This document shows positions 52,186-61,321 of a stretch of 64,000 bases of DNA, piece after piece. The notes beneath the pieces are model-generated. The model was not told the DNA's origin, did no database searches, and saw only the letters and a list, made by a program, of their open reading frames with translations. This DNA comes from Alphaproteobacteria bacterium (GTDB lineage Bacteria; Pseudomonadota; Alphaproteobacteria; Rickettsiales; SXRF01): positions 17,396 to 81,395 of the forward strand of contig JANRKF010000013.1 of assembly GCA_033763575.1 (NCBI GenBank), in the 5' to 3' direction. Position 1 is the stretch's first letter. Each line of letters begins with the position of its first letter. Both the position numbers and the translations under genes were made by a program.

Positions 52186-52533
52186 ATGACAGACAATGTA
52201 ACATTTTCCAATGATTTACAAAATACGCAGGCCATCGACGCCGCGCTGGCCGATATCGAGCAGGCAGTGGTGCGTTTCGAGGGTATTCTTTCCCGTCATG
52301 CGCGATCTTTGAATGCTATATCTGGTATATCTGGCCGGAGAACATCTACAGGCAGACTCATTGCCGGGAGCCTTGCCCGGCTGGGCGGGCTGCTTTCCGG
52401 GCGGGATTTGCCGGATTCCCGCACCGTCTTCAACCCAACCCTAGAGAAAACCAATCGTTTTCCCGCTTCGAGCGGACAGTTCATGGCCGACCTGGCCAGC
52501 GCCATCCAGCGAATTGGCGGCAGAAACCTTTAA
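52186..52533 (+). CDS. hypothetical protein; possibly a degenerate GTA tape-measure-like (g11) remnant
   Basis: 115 aa. Only position and an Ala/Gly/Leu-rich helical character (RLIAGSLARLGGLLSG) suggest this. It lacks the family's C-terminal GPELF-type motif. Confidence 0.3.
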   Translation: MTDNVTFSNDLQNTQAIDAALADIEQAVVRFEGILSRHARSLNAISGISGRRTSTGRLIAGSLARLGGLLSGRDLPDSRTVFNPTLEKTNRFPASSGQFMADLASAIQRIGGRNL

Positions 52534-52646
52534 ATTGTAACCAAAATGTCATAAAAATAGCCTAGGGTGGAGGGGTGAAAATTGGTACAATGCAAGCAGG
52601 TGGAACATGCGTTCCGCCCGCTGGCAAATCGTAGCACGTTAGGGAT

Positions 52647-54791
52647 ATGGACAATTACGGTAATCATAACGCCCCACCCGGCATGACTCTCGACCAGGCG
52701 AAAAAGCTGGGGGAGCAGACCTACGAAAAAAATCAGAAAGAATTAGCCAAAGGCCTGCAATTGACCGCCGATGAGGACGGGAAATATAACGTCTTCGGCG
52801 TGGAAGTTCCTAAAACGCTGGCGCCCGCCATCAACGTCGCGATCGATACGTTGATTACCCCGTTCAGCGGCATGGTCGCCGATGTCGTCTACCAGCACAC
52901 CAGAAAAATCGCCGCCAATAATTTCAAGGCGACGGCGGAAAGTGCGCACGGCACTGCGCTCACCGCCGAACTGATTGCGCGCTGGGGGATCATCCTCGCC
53001 AACCCGATCGGGAAATTCGTAAGCGCCAATGCCAATTACGGGCAGGAAATATTCAAGCTGCACGGCGAATTGAAATCGGTGTGCGAGGCCACGAGCGCGG
53101 ACTACCAGCACAACAAGGTGGTAAGTGGCGCGCTGCATGAAGCCTCCGAGCGCTATACCGAGCGGCTGACACTGATACTCCCCAGCCTGATGGCGCTGAT
53201 CCCGCAGGTGGTGTGGGGGATGCAGATGCAGCACAACACCGCCGCCAAGCGTGCGGCGGAATTCGGCGGCGGCAATGCGGTCAGCTCGGCGGTGGACGAT
53301 GTCGTGAAAAAACGCCTGGAGAGCGTGACCAGCAAAATCAACCTCCAGCTCGAACAGGAAAAGCTGCACGAGGAACAATATAAAGTTTTCAAAAAAACCC
53401 GGGCGAAGGACGTCTATAAACTGCTCGACCAGCAAAACGCCAATCCCAATGCCCCGGAGGGCTATGGTGGTTACAACAAGGACTACCAGACCAGTGACCA
53501 ACGCGAACGGAAACTGCGCGAATGGTTCGATAGGAACGTATGGCAGGAAGCGCTGAACCACATCAAGGAAGAGGAAAAAGCGCTCAGGACCAAAACAGCT
53601 AAAGGCAGTGACGGGCATTCCCCAGATAAACCGACCGACAACATGCTCTTAAACCAGCTCTTCTTTGCCGCCCCGGCCTTGTCGGCGGCGGGGCAGGGGA
53701 TCCAGAGCAGCATGGCCGAGGCGCAGAAAAAGCAGCGTGGGCAGGCGTCATCCTACAAGCTGATCCTTGGCCTCAAAGAACATATGCAGGGCAAGCAGAG
53801 TGTCGAGTGGGTGCAGGAACAGGTCATCGAAATCTTCCAGAAAGTCGAGGAAGAAATCGGCGGCGGGAATACGCGCTTCTCCGGCGGGCTGCTTGAGCGC
53901 CTCAAGGATTCGATCAGGCCGGTTGCCGAACATATCGCATCGGGCAAGCTCGATCCGCTGTCGCTGGTGAAGCTCGCCGGCGAGGATATGATTATCGAGC
54001 ACAAGCACAAAACCAAGACATTCCGCAGCGAAGCATCGATCCAGAAAACCCTGGACGATATGTGCTGCACGCAGTTGATCGCCGGCAGCGAAACCTCGGA
54101 GAAAGAATTCCTTGGCCGCTTTGCCGCCGACCACGCCCATGTGAAAGAAGCGATAAAGAAAACGCTGGCGGACATGCCCGCAGGGCCGGAGAAAGGCTTC
54201 ATGGCATCGATTCTTCCGGCGGAAGTGCTCAAAGAAGCGGGAATTTCGAAAGAGGAAATCCGCGATTTGCGCAAGAGTGCGCGGGAGCATCTCCATGATC
54301 AGGTTGCCGCCGCCATCCTCCACATCGCCGCGATGGATGAGGAAATGCTCAAGGAGCATGGCGTCTCGACCAAGGAAATCGAGCAGATTAAAAAACTCAA
54401 CGACAGCATCCTGCAGGGCAACCGGGAAGCGCTGGAGCAGCTGGTCGATAGCAAAAATGAAATCATCACGGTGGTCGCCGCTGAGGGCCTGAACGAACAA
54501 CTGGCCGGTAACGCGATGGTGTGGACAGAGCGTGTCGGCGAAGCGAAAAAACTCGAGTCTATTATCGAGGCGGCGAAACAGAAAAAAGAAGAAAGAACCG
54601 CGCCCCGCGATGAGCATGGGAGCCAACATGCGGACGAGCATGGGCAGGAGATGCCGCCGGAGGAACACGAAAAACCGATGCTCGGCAAGCACGATGAGCA
54701 CGGCCACGCGCATAAGCATAAACATCCGAAATCGCCGCTCGATCACGCCCGGCGTGACGCGGGCGCGTCACATTTTGAGCAGGGGGCCTAG
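52647..54791 (+). CDS. large orphan protein A (714 aa), helical, His-rich C-terminus
   Basis: Long ORF with host-like composition. The C-terminus is DEHGSQHADEHGQEMPPEEHEKPMLGKHDEHGHAHKHKHP. No catalytic motif recognised. Confidence 0.6.
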   Translation: MDNYGNHNAPPGMTLDQAKKLGEQTYEKNQKELAKGLQLTADEDGKYNVFGVEVPKTLAPAINVAIDTLITPFSGMVADVVYQHTRKIAANNFKATAESAHGTALTAELIARWGIILANPIGKFVSANANYGQEIFKLHGELKSVCEATSADYQHNKVVSGALHEASERYTERLTLILPSLMALIPQVVWGMQMQHNTAAKRAAEFGGGNAVSSAVDDVVKKRLESVTSKINLQLEQEKLHEEQYKVFKKTRAKDVYKLLDQQNANPNAPEGYGGYNKDYQTSDQRERKLREWFDRNVWQEALNHIKEEEKALRTKTAKGSDGHSPDKPTDNMLLNQLFFAAPALSAAGQGIQSSMAEAQKKQRGQASSYKLILGLKEHMQGKQSVEWVQEQVIEIFQKVEEEIGGGNTRFSGGLLERLKDSIRPVAEHIASGKLDPLSLVKLAGEDMIIEHKHKTKTFRSEASIQKTLDDMCCTQLIAGSETSEKEFLGRFAADHAHVKEAIKKTLADMPAGPEKGFMASILPAEVLKEAGISKEEIRDLRKSAREHLHDQVAAAILHIAAMDEEMLKEHGVSTKEIEQIKKLNDSILQGNREALEQLVDSKNEIITVVAAEGLNEQLAGNAMVWTERVGEAKKLESIIEAAKQKKEERTAPRDEHGSQHADEHGQEMPPEEHEKPMLGKHDEHGHAHKHKHPKSPLDHARRDAGASHFEQGA

Positions 54792-54793
54792 TC

Positions 54794-56011
54794 ATGGAAC
54801 CATCTGCGCACGATCAGAAGAAAAAAAATCAATATCAGGAGATCGCCCATCCGGACGACATCGCCATACAAAGCAGCAACACCATTCCGCTGCGCCCGCT
54901 CGACCAGTTCCGCTCGTCCTACTGGTCGGGTGCGGTAGCCGCGCTGGGACTTCGTTACCTGCCGAAAATATTTTCCCGCAATTTCTTCAAAACACAGGCA
55001 GATGTCTCCTACAATCAGCAACATGCTTATTCCGCGGTGACCGGCAGCATCCTGATGGGGATGACGGGTTTCTACGCCAACAAAACCTATAGCGACATCA
55101 AGGCCATCTTCTCGGAAGCGGTCGGCTGGGAGATGGGGAAAGACCCCGAAAATATAGGGTTCATGGATTTGTGGAACAGTAAAAACAGCATGGTGCAGCA
55201 GACCATGCGTAATTATGTATGGTTCAATTTGCGCCGTGTTGGCGTGAATATGGCGTTTTTCCTGCCTTTCATGCCCGGTTTCAAGCAGGGCGTCGAGGGG
55301 CTGGAAAAGGGCTTCAGCACCAAAATCAATGACGGCGAACTGGGCGTGGATTTAGGGGTGAGCGCCAATGCCGCCTATCTGCTCAGCGACGTGCTCAACC
55401 GCAAGCAGACACCGTTCGAGGCGCTGCAATCGCTCATCAACGCCAAGATCAACCACCTTGAGCATTTCTCCGACCGCTTTGTCGGCACCGACCTCCTCAA
55501 CATCTATGAGCGCCACGCCGTCCACGATAAAAACGAATCCTTCCTGTCGCTGCGCGGCACGGAGAAATGGGATGAAGCGATGGAGCTGTTCGACCGGATG
55601 GCCGAGCTGCTGAATGAAAAATACCGCAACGAAGTGCCGCACGAAGAAGCGCGTTTCGGCTTCTCGAAATTCATCCACCTGCTCGGCACGCAGAAAATCG
55701 ACCCCGATCACATCAAGCTCTCGCGCATCTACGTCGAGATCGCCAACCAATATGGCGTGAAGGAGGTGGATATCGCCGCCGAGCAGATCGCCCAGGGAAA
55801 ATCACTGGAAAAGGTGATGGCCCGCTATCCGCTGGTAGCGCAGGCGGCGGTGACGGCGGCGGAAATCGCGGAAAAAGAAAACCCTGCCGAGGCGCGCACC
55901 CCGGCCCATGCGAAAATTATAGAGAAAAAACAGCCCGTTGAAAGCCATGCCGAGCGCTATGCCGCGCAAAGCCAGGAAGCGCACGCGCAGCCATCTACGC
56001 TCTCTATTTGA
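54794..56011 (+). CDS. orphan protein B (405 aa), membrane-associated
   Basis: Starts 2 nt after A. It has hydrophobic segments (GSILMGMTGFY, VGVNMAFFLPFMPGF). Confidence 0.6.
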   Translation: MEPSAHDQKKKNQYQEIAHPDDIAIQSSNTIPLRPLDQFRSSYWSGAVAALGLRYLPKIFSRNFFKTQADVSYNQQHAYSAVTGSILMGMTGFYANKTYSDIKAIFSEAVGWEMGKDPENIGFMDLWNSKNSMVQQTMRNYVWFNLRRVGVNMAFFLPFMPGFKQGVEGLEKGFSTKINDGELGVDLGVSANAAYLLSDVLNRKQTPFEALQSLINAKINHLEHFSDRFVGTDLLNIYERHAVHDKNESFLSLRGTEKWDEAMELFDRMAELLNEKYRNEVPHEEARFGFSKFIHLLGTQKIDPDHIKLSRIYVEIANQYGVKEVDIAAEQIAQGKSLEKVMARYPLVAQAAVTAAEIAEKENPAEARTPAHAKIIEKKQPVESHAERYAAQSQEAHAQPSTLSI

Positions 56012-56084
56012 GGCTGTCACATAATCTTAATACAAAACCCATGTAACCCCTTGCCCGGATAGGCTATATTTAAAGGGTGGAGAA

Positions 56085-57629
56085 GTGTGGATTATGGTAG
56101 GATCACCAAAGATAAGACCGATGAAGCCTGTAAATCGATTGGATTCGATCGGGGAGACGGTGGCCGAGGCGCGCCCGGATACGCTTGTCCGCAAAGCTGG
56201 GCAGGCTTCGGAAAAAGCCCAGGACTGGATGGAAAAATACCTGTATCGTCCGGGCCAGAAAAAAGCGCCCGCACCTGCAATCGAAACGCCACCCGCACCG
56301 GCGGCAAAATCCAAATCATCGTCATACTCATCGGGATATTCACGCAGCGACGAATTTGCCCCCGTTGCATCCCCGGCAAAACCGGCAGGCGAAGGAGAGA
56401 TCGATCCGGCTTATCTGGTGGCGGGTGCGGCGGCGGCGGGTCTGGGCGCGGCGGCATTGCGCCCGCGCTCGGATGAAAAACATAAACCCACGGAGCTGGA
56501 AGCGCTCGGCAACACCGTCATCGGCGGGTTGGATGCGGCGGCGGGCACACTCGGCAGCGTCACCGGCATGACCGGCATGGTGCTGGGCCTCGGCGGGCAG
56601 ATGGTTGTTCCGACATTGGCGGGTGGCCTGGGGCTGGTGGGAGCGAAGGGCGCATCAAGAACCATCATGAAGCCGCTGGATTACCTGAACGAAACCACCG
56701 TGGAAGCCTTCGCGGCCAAACATATTCCCACCCATATCAGCGCGAATGTCAGCAAGGCCTCGAATACGCTGGCCGGGGTGGCGTCCGTGCCGCTGGGCAC
56801 GATGTCGAAACTGCCGCTGCTCGGTTCGCTCAAAGCGGAAAATATCAAATCGCTGCCCACGCAAATCAAGCAATCCTCGCTGATGCATGCAACGCTCAGC
56901 AGCTCCTTCATCGCCATGGGCGGGCTGCAGATGTATGGCGTCGCCCGCGAATTCTCCGGCATGGTACAGGCGATGGAAGAGCTGGAACACGATCTCACCG
57001 GCAAGAAAGTGTCGGCGGCGGGCGTGCTGCTTGGCAATGTCTCCAAGCCGGTGGCGGCCCTTCGCACGCAGTTGCTGCAAACCGACGGCACGCACATGCT
57101 GGCGGCGATGGCCAATCTCGGTATCAACATCGCCATGGCCTTTTCCAACCGCCTGGGGTTCATGTCGAGTATGTTGATGTTCCAGGCACCGGAACTCATC
57201 AACACCGTGGCGGAAGGCGTCTTCGGGCATTCGCCGCTGCCTGTCTATTCCGGCCTGCGCGCCGCCTACAACGCCGGGCAGGAGATTCCGGCGGAAGCGT
57301 ACGCCGAATTCCTGCTGCTTTCCAGCAAGGAGCTGCGCGATCATGGTTCCCGCGGCAAACGCATGGCTTCGGAGATCGCCAAGGAATATGCCGGGCAGCA
57401 TGTATCTCCGGCGGAAGTGCTGCGGAAAGTCTATAACGGCGAGATGAAAGCGCGGATGGAGGCGATCGTCGACAGCCAGCCTCAAGTTTCGCACGTCGAT
57501 CGCCTGAAAAATAAAGCGCGCACGGTGGCGGCGGAAAAATTTCCGCAGCCGGTGGGCAACTTCACCAGCCGCCTGCATGAACAGGCGCAGCTGGCGGAGA
57601 TGACGCCGCCTTCGCCATCACTCAATTAA
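56085..57629 (+). CDS. orphan protein C (514 aa) with glycine-zipper hydrophobic core
   Basis: Non-ATG track start (an ATG at 56121 is also possible). It contains GGLDAAAGTLGSVTGMTGMVLGLGGQMVVPTLAGGLGLVGAKG. Confidence 0.6.
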   Translation: MWIMVGSPKIRPMKPVNRLDSIGETVAEARPDTLVRKAGQASEKAQDWMEKYLYRPGQKKAPAPAIETPPAPAAKSKSSSYSSGYSRSDEFAPVASPAKPAGEGEIDPAYLVAGAAAAGLGAAALRPRSDEKHKPTELEALGNTVIGGLDAAAGTLGSVTGMTGMVLGLGGQMVVPTLAGGLGLVGAKGASRTIMKPLDYLNETTVEAFAAKHIPTHISANVSKASNTLAGVASVPLGTMSKLPLLGSLKAENIKSLPTQIKQSSLMHATLSSSFIAMGGLQMYGVAREFSGMVQAMEELEHDLTGKKVSAAGVLLGNVSKPVAALRTQLLQTDGTHMLAAMANLGINIAMAFSNRLGFMSSMLMFQAPELINTVAEGVFGHSPLPVYSGLRAAYNAGQEIPAEAYAEFLLLSSKELRDHGSRGKRMASEIAKEYAGQHVSPAEVLRKVYNGEMKARMEAIVDSQPQVSHVDRLKNKARTVAAEKFPQPVGNFTSRLHEQAQLAEMTPPSPSLN

Positions 57630-57644
57630 CGGGAAGACCGGATT

Positions 57645-58583
57645 GTGAACGATAAAAAACAAGAGATGCAGGATAGGGGACTGACCGGGCTTGGCACCGA
57701 TAACGAGGTGCTGGCCGCGCAGCTTGCCACCAATACGCTGGGCCATATGGCCGCGCCCGCCGGACTTGCGGTGGATCTCTATGCGGCGGATGTCGAGCTG
57801 CACCGGAATATCCAGGCGGCCACCAGCATGATGGGCGAGGATACGCGGACGCTGAAAGCCGGAAGCCCCGCCTTCCGCAAATATATCAAAGAGGAATTGC
57901 CGGAAGTCTATGGCGACCGCGCCATGGGTTTTGTCGCGGCCATCACCGGCGGTGCGGTAGCGCTTGGCCTCGCCGGTATGGTCTTCGGCCTGCCCGGTGG
58001 ATTCCTGGGGATGCTGGCCGGACTCACCATTGGCGCGGTCGGTTCGATCGGCGGGAATTATATCAAGAACCAGTTTTTTCCCAGCGACTATAATACATTC
58101 CTCGATTTTGCCGCCAACCTGCAAAATCTCGGACAGCAGAAACAAATGACGCCGGAAACGGCGTTCGTGGCGCTGGTGATGAATATGCCGGATGAGCGTT
58201 CACGAAAAGACGTGATGGCGACATTGCCGAAACGCCTGCGCGTCAAAAATGAAAAAGACCTGATCCGCCTGCTGGCCAGCGACGAAGGGCGGGAGGCGCT
58301 GCGCATGGCCATGGTGGAGAACGACGCGGCCCTGCGGGCGGGTGTGGGCGCGCTCAGCACCTCGCCGCAGGTCACCATTTCCGAACAGTTCGCACAGCTC
58401 GTCAACCAGCAGCAGGTCGCCGGGGTGGATTTGCTCAATGGCGAAAAAACCGGGCATATCGGCATGCTGATCGCCAACCACGAGACGATGCAATTCCAGC
58501 AATCGCAGGAACCGCAGGACATGGCGCAAGCCAATCCGAATACCCATCTTCCCACGCCCAAAGCAAACCAGCTCGGCGTTTAA
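57645..58583 (+). CDS. orphan protein D (312 aa) with glycine-zipper TM hairpin
   Basis: GTG start 15 nt after C. It contains GFVAAITGGAVALGLAGMVFGLPGGFLGMLAGLTIGAVGSIGG. Confidence 0.6.
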   Translation: MNDKKQEMQDRGLTGLGTDNEVLAAQLATNTLGHMAAPAGLAVDLYAADVELHRNIQAATSMMGEDTRTLKAGSPAFRKYIKEELPEVYGDRAMGFVAAITGGAVALGLAGMVFGLPGGFLGMLAGLTIGAVGSIGGNYIKNQFFPSDYNTFLDFAANLQNLGQQKQMTPETAFVALVMNMPDERSRKDVMATLPKRLRVKNEKDLIRLLASDEGREALRMAMVENDAALRAGVGALSTSPQVTISEQFAQLVNQQQVAGVDLLNGEKTGHIGMLIANHETMQFQQSQEPQDMAQANPNTHLPTPKANQLGV

Positions 58584-58652
58584 TCTACTCGCAGGCCGCA
58601 TCCGCTGCCGCAATTTCACTTTTATTTTCATCGTATTTTTTGGAGTCATCAC

Positions 58653-59252
58653 ATGGCGTTTATCGAAACACGCTTTCCTACGGACATATCTTTTGGTTCC
58701 GCAGGCGGGCCGGAATATTCCACCGACATCATCATTACCCAGGGGGGGTATGAGCAGCGCAACATCAACTGGGCAGCGGCGCGGGCGCGTTACAACGTCG
58801 CCTACGGCGTCCGCACGCAGGAGCAGCTCGATGCGCTGATCGCCTTCTTCCGCGCCCGCAAAGGCCGGGCCGACGGTTTCCGCTTCAAGGACTGGACGGA
58901 TTACCAGGCGACCGGGCAGCTGATCGGCACGGGCGACGGCAGCACCACCCAGTTCCAGCTGGTGAAAAACTATACGAGCGGCAGCATCACCGATAGCCGC
59001 ACCGTTACCAAGCCGGTCTCGGGCAGCGCGTCCATATACCTCGCCGGGGTATTGCAGACAACCGGCTATTCGCTTTCCACCACCACCGGCATCGTCACCT
59101 TCAGCAGCGCCCCCGCAGGCGGCGTCGCCATTACCGCCACCTTCGATTTCGACGTGCCGGTGCGCTTCGATACCGACCGGCTCTCCGCCTCGCTCGACAG
59201 CTACGGCCTTTCCAGCATCAGCGACATTCCGCTGGTGGAAGTGAGGGTGTGA
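58653..59252 (+). CDS. DUF2460 distal-tail protein (RcGTA g12 homologue)
   Basis: MAFIETRFPTDISFGSAGGPEYSTDIIITQGGYEQRNINW...GFRFKDWTDY is the typical N-terminus of the family. Confidence 0.88.
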   Translation: MAFIETRFPTDISFGSAGGPEYSTDIIITQGGYEQRNINWAAARARYNVAYGVRTQEQLDALIAFFRARKGRADGFRFKDWTDYQATGQLIGTGDGSTTQFQLVKNYTSGSITDSRTVTKPVSGSASIYLAGVLQTTGYSLSTTTGIVTFSSAPAGGVAITATFDFDVPVRFDTDRLSASLDSYGLSSISDIPLVEVRV

Positions 59253-59391
59253 TACATCAAACCATTGAATATGATAATATAAATAGATATATTTGGTTAA
59301 GATATATCTATTATTTAATATTTATAATGATTTTGCCATTGTAAGAAAATAGTTGTATTATATAAACATTACTGATAGTAGGAGTACCCTT

Positions 59392-59664
59392 ATGGCTACA
59401 AAGAATCCTAAGCAAGAAGCTGTCGATAGCAATTATGAGGCGTTTAAGCGCCTTTTACCTGCGATTATCGGTGTTCACGCTAATCAATACGCACTCATGC
59501 GGAATGGAGATGTAGTAGAGTATTTTGACACGGCAAAAGATGCTTTCTCAGCGGGAAGTAAAATTTTTGAAGATGGCTTGTTTTCCGTTCAGAAGGTGAC
59601 TGATTCAATCTCTGATCTGGGTTATTATTCGCATGCCATGCCTAACTGGTGTACTCAACAATAG
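59392..59664 (+). CDS. small protein, DUF5678-like partner of the aspartic protease
   Basis: AGGAG RBS. HANQYALMRNGDVVEYFDTAKDAFSAG...FSVQKV resembles the small proteins I recall upstream of bacterial retropepsin-like genes. Confidence 0.45.
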   Translation: MATKNPKQEAVDSNYEAFKRLLPAIIGVHANQYALMRNGDVVEYFDTAKDAFSAGSKIFEDGLFSVQKVTDSISDLGYYSHAMPNWCTQQ

Positions 59665-60031
59665 TTTACAAGCCATTATCGATGTTGCAGTAGCTCCCAC
59701 TAGTGGACAGGCTCATGCGAAGCTGCAAAATTTCCGAGCGCTGATTGATACGGGAGCGAATCGTACTTGTATTACTGCGCATGTCGTTCAAGCATTATCA
59801 TTAAGTCCGATAGGTAAATTGCCGATGCGTTCTGCTAGCCATACCATTGACACCAATATTTATATGGTGGACTTGGGATTACCATTTGGCGGTATAATGC
59901 GCCTTGATAAAGGCAAGGAGGTGATGGAATGTTGTGATAATAGCGAATTTGAAATTATTATAGGCATGGACATTATTTCTCAGGGAACGTTGACCGTATC
60001 TCCTGATAATCGTTTTATTTTCTGCCTTTAA
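59633..60031 (+). CDS. retropepsin-like (clan AA) aspartic protease
   Basis: Catalytic ALIDTGANRTCI (D-T-G-A) and the flap/dimer motif IIIGMDIISQG. 132 aa and strongly AT-rich. Confidence 0.7.
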   Translation: MPCLTGVLNNSLQAIIDVAVAPTSGQAHAKLQNFRALIDTGANRTCITAHVVQALSLSPIGKLPMRSASHTIDTNIYMVDLGLPFGGIMRLDKGKEVMECCDNSEFEIIIGMDIISQGTLTVSPDNRFIFCL

Positions 60032-60086
60032 AATCACAATTCATACCTCATCACACAATGAGCTCCTGCTTTCGCGAGAAAATTCT

Positions 60087-60137
60087 ATGAAAACCATCTC
60101 CTCCCCACTCGCCGCGCATATCGCGAACCAAGATTAG
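60087..60137 (+). pseudogene. decayed duplicate of the g13 5' end (MKTISSPLAAHIANQD*)
   Basis: CTATGAAAACCATCTCC...CATATCGCG parallels the true g13 start at 60232-60275 (MKTISNELSQHIAGE). Confidence 0.65.
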
Positions 60138-60138
60138 C

Positions 60139-60216
60139 GTCATTCCCGCGCAGGCGGGGATCTCTTTCACCACTTGAGCGAAGGGGCAGGGGGATTCCCG
60201 CCTTCGCGGGAATGAC
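60139..60216. repeat. 78-bp MITE-like palindromic element (GTCATTCCCGCG...CGCGGGAATGAC)
   Basis: The termini are complementary, with internal CCCGC/GCGGG hairpins. It belongs to the same family as 30590-30665 and a degenerate copy near 33675-33740. Confidence 0.75.
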
Positions 60217-60233
60217 ACAAAAAGGACAACCCT

Positions 60234-61100
60234 ATGAAAACCATCTCCAATGAACTCAGCCAGCATATCGCGGGTGAGGTGACGACGCTTGCCACCTGCT
60301 GGAAGCTCACCCGCCGCGATGCGACCGTCATGGGCTTCACCGACCACGACCGCGACATCGCCTATGAATCGCTTACCTACAAGGCCGCCACCGGGTTTTC
60401 GCCGAGTGCGGTGGCGAATTCGGCCAATCTGCAGGTCGATAACCTCGATGTCGAGGGCATGCTCGCGGCGGAGAGTATTTTAGAGGCCGATATACTGGCC
60501 GGGCTCTACGACTTCGCGGAAATCGAAATTTTCCAGATCAACACCGCCGATACCGCGCAGGGCATCCTCAAAATGCGGCGCGGCTGGCTCGGTGAAGTAT
60601 CGCTCACCCGCCAGCATTTCGTGGCCGAGGTGAGGGGGCTTTCGCAGTTGCTCTCGCAGGATATCGGCGAATATTTCTCGCCCTCCTGCCGCGCCGCGCT
60701 GGGCGATTCGCGCTGCAAGGTAAGCCTGGGCTCCCACACCGTGACCGGCACGGTCACCTCAGGCGCCTCGCGTCTCGGCTTCACCGATAGCTCGCGCAGC
60801 GAAACCAGCGCCATTTTCACCGGCGGGAAAATCACCTTCACCTCAGGGGCGAATGATGGCATTTCGATCGAGGTGAAGGAATATATTTACCGCGCTGGCA
60901 CCGGCGGCATCCTAAGCTTCGTGCTGCCGCTGCCCTACAGTCTCGCCGCCAGCGACAGCTATTCGCTCGTCAAGGGCTGCGACAAGACCATCGGCACCTG
61001 TTTTTTGCGCTTCAACAATGTGGCGAATTTCCGTGGCGAACCGCATGTTCCGGGCGTCGACCGCATGCTGGAGACGGCGGGCACACGCTCGGAATGGTAA
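60234..61100 (+). CDS. DUF2163 / BR0599-domain tail hub protein (RcGTA g13 homologue)
   Basis: LATCWKLTRRDATVMGFTDHDRDI...YKAATGFS...NLDVEG, then the C-terminal CDKT...C..RFNN..NFRGEPHVPG. Confidence 0.88.
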   Translation: MKTISNELSQHIAGEVTTLATCWKLTRRDATVMGFTDHDRDIAYESLTYKAATGFSPSAVANSANLQVDNLDVEGMLAAESILEADILAGLYDFAEIEIFQINTADTAQGILKMRRGWLGEVSLTRQHFVAEVRGLSQLLSQDIGEYFSPSCRAALGDSRCKVSLGSHTVTGTVTSGASRLGFTDSSRSETSAIFTGGKITFTSGANDGISIEVKEYIYRAGTGGILSFVLPLPYSLAASDSYSLVKGCDKTIGTCFLRFNNVANFRGEPHVPGVDRMLETAGTRSEW

Positions 61101-61138
61101 TTCACCAATCTTTAACCCATCCGCGCTAGGGTCGCCCC

Positions 61139-61321
61139 ATGCAGATCATGCGTAACTTTACCCATGGTATTTTCACGGTGCTACGGCTGACCGGCGCGCC
61201 GCTATTATACCGCTATCCCCACCGCAATTCAGGCGAAGCGTTGCGCGGCGACTGGCTCAAAATCGCCGGCGACATTGAAAGCGTGATGGGAAAACTGAAG
61301 GACGAACGCCATGGCGGATGA
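61139..61321 (+). CDS. small hypothetical protein
   Basis: 60-aa ORF whose end overlaps the DUF2335 start by 11 nt. Coding status is uncertain. Confidence 0.3.
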   Translation: MQIMRNFTHGIFTVLRLTGAPLLYRYPHRNSGEALRGDWLKIAGDIESVMGKLKDERHGG

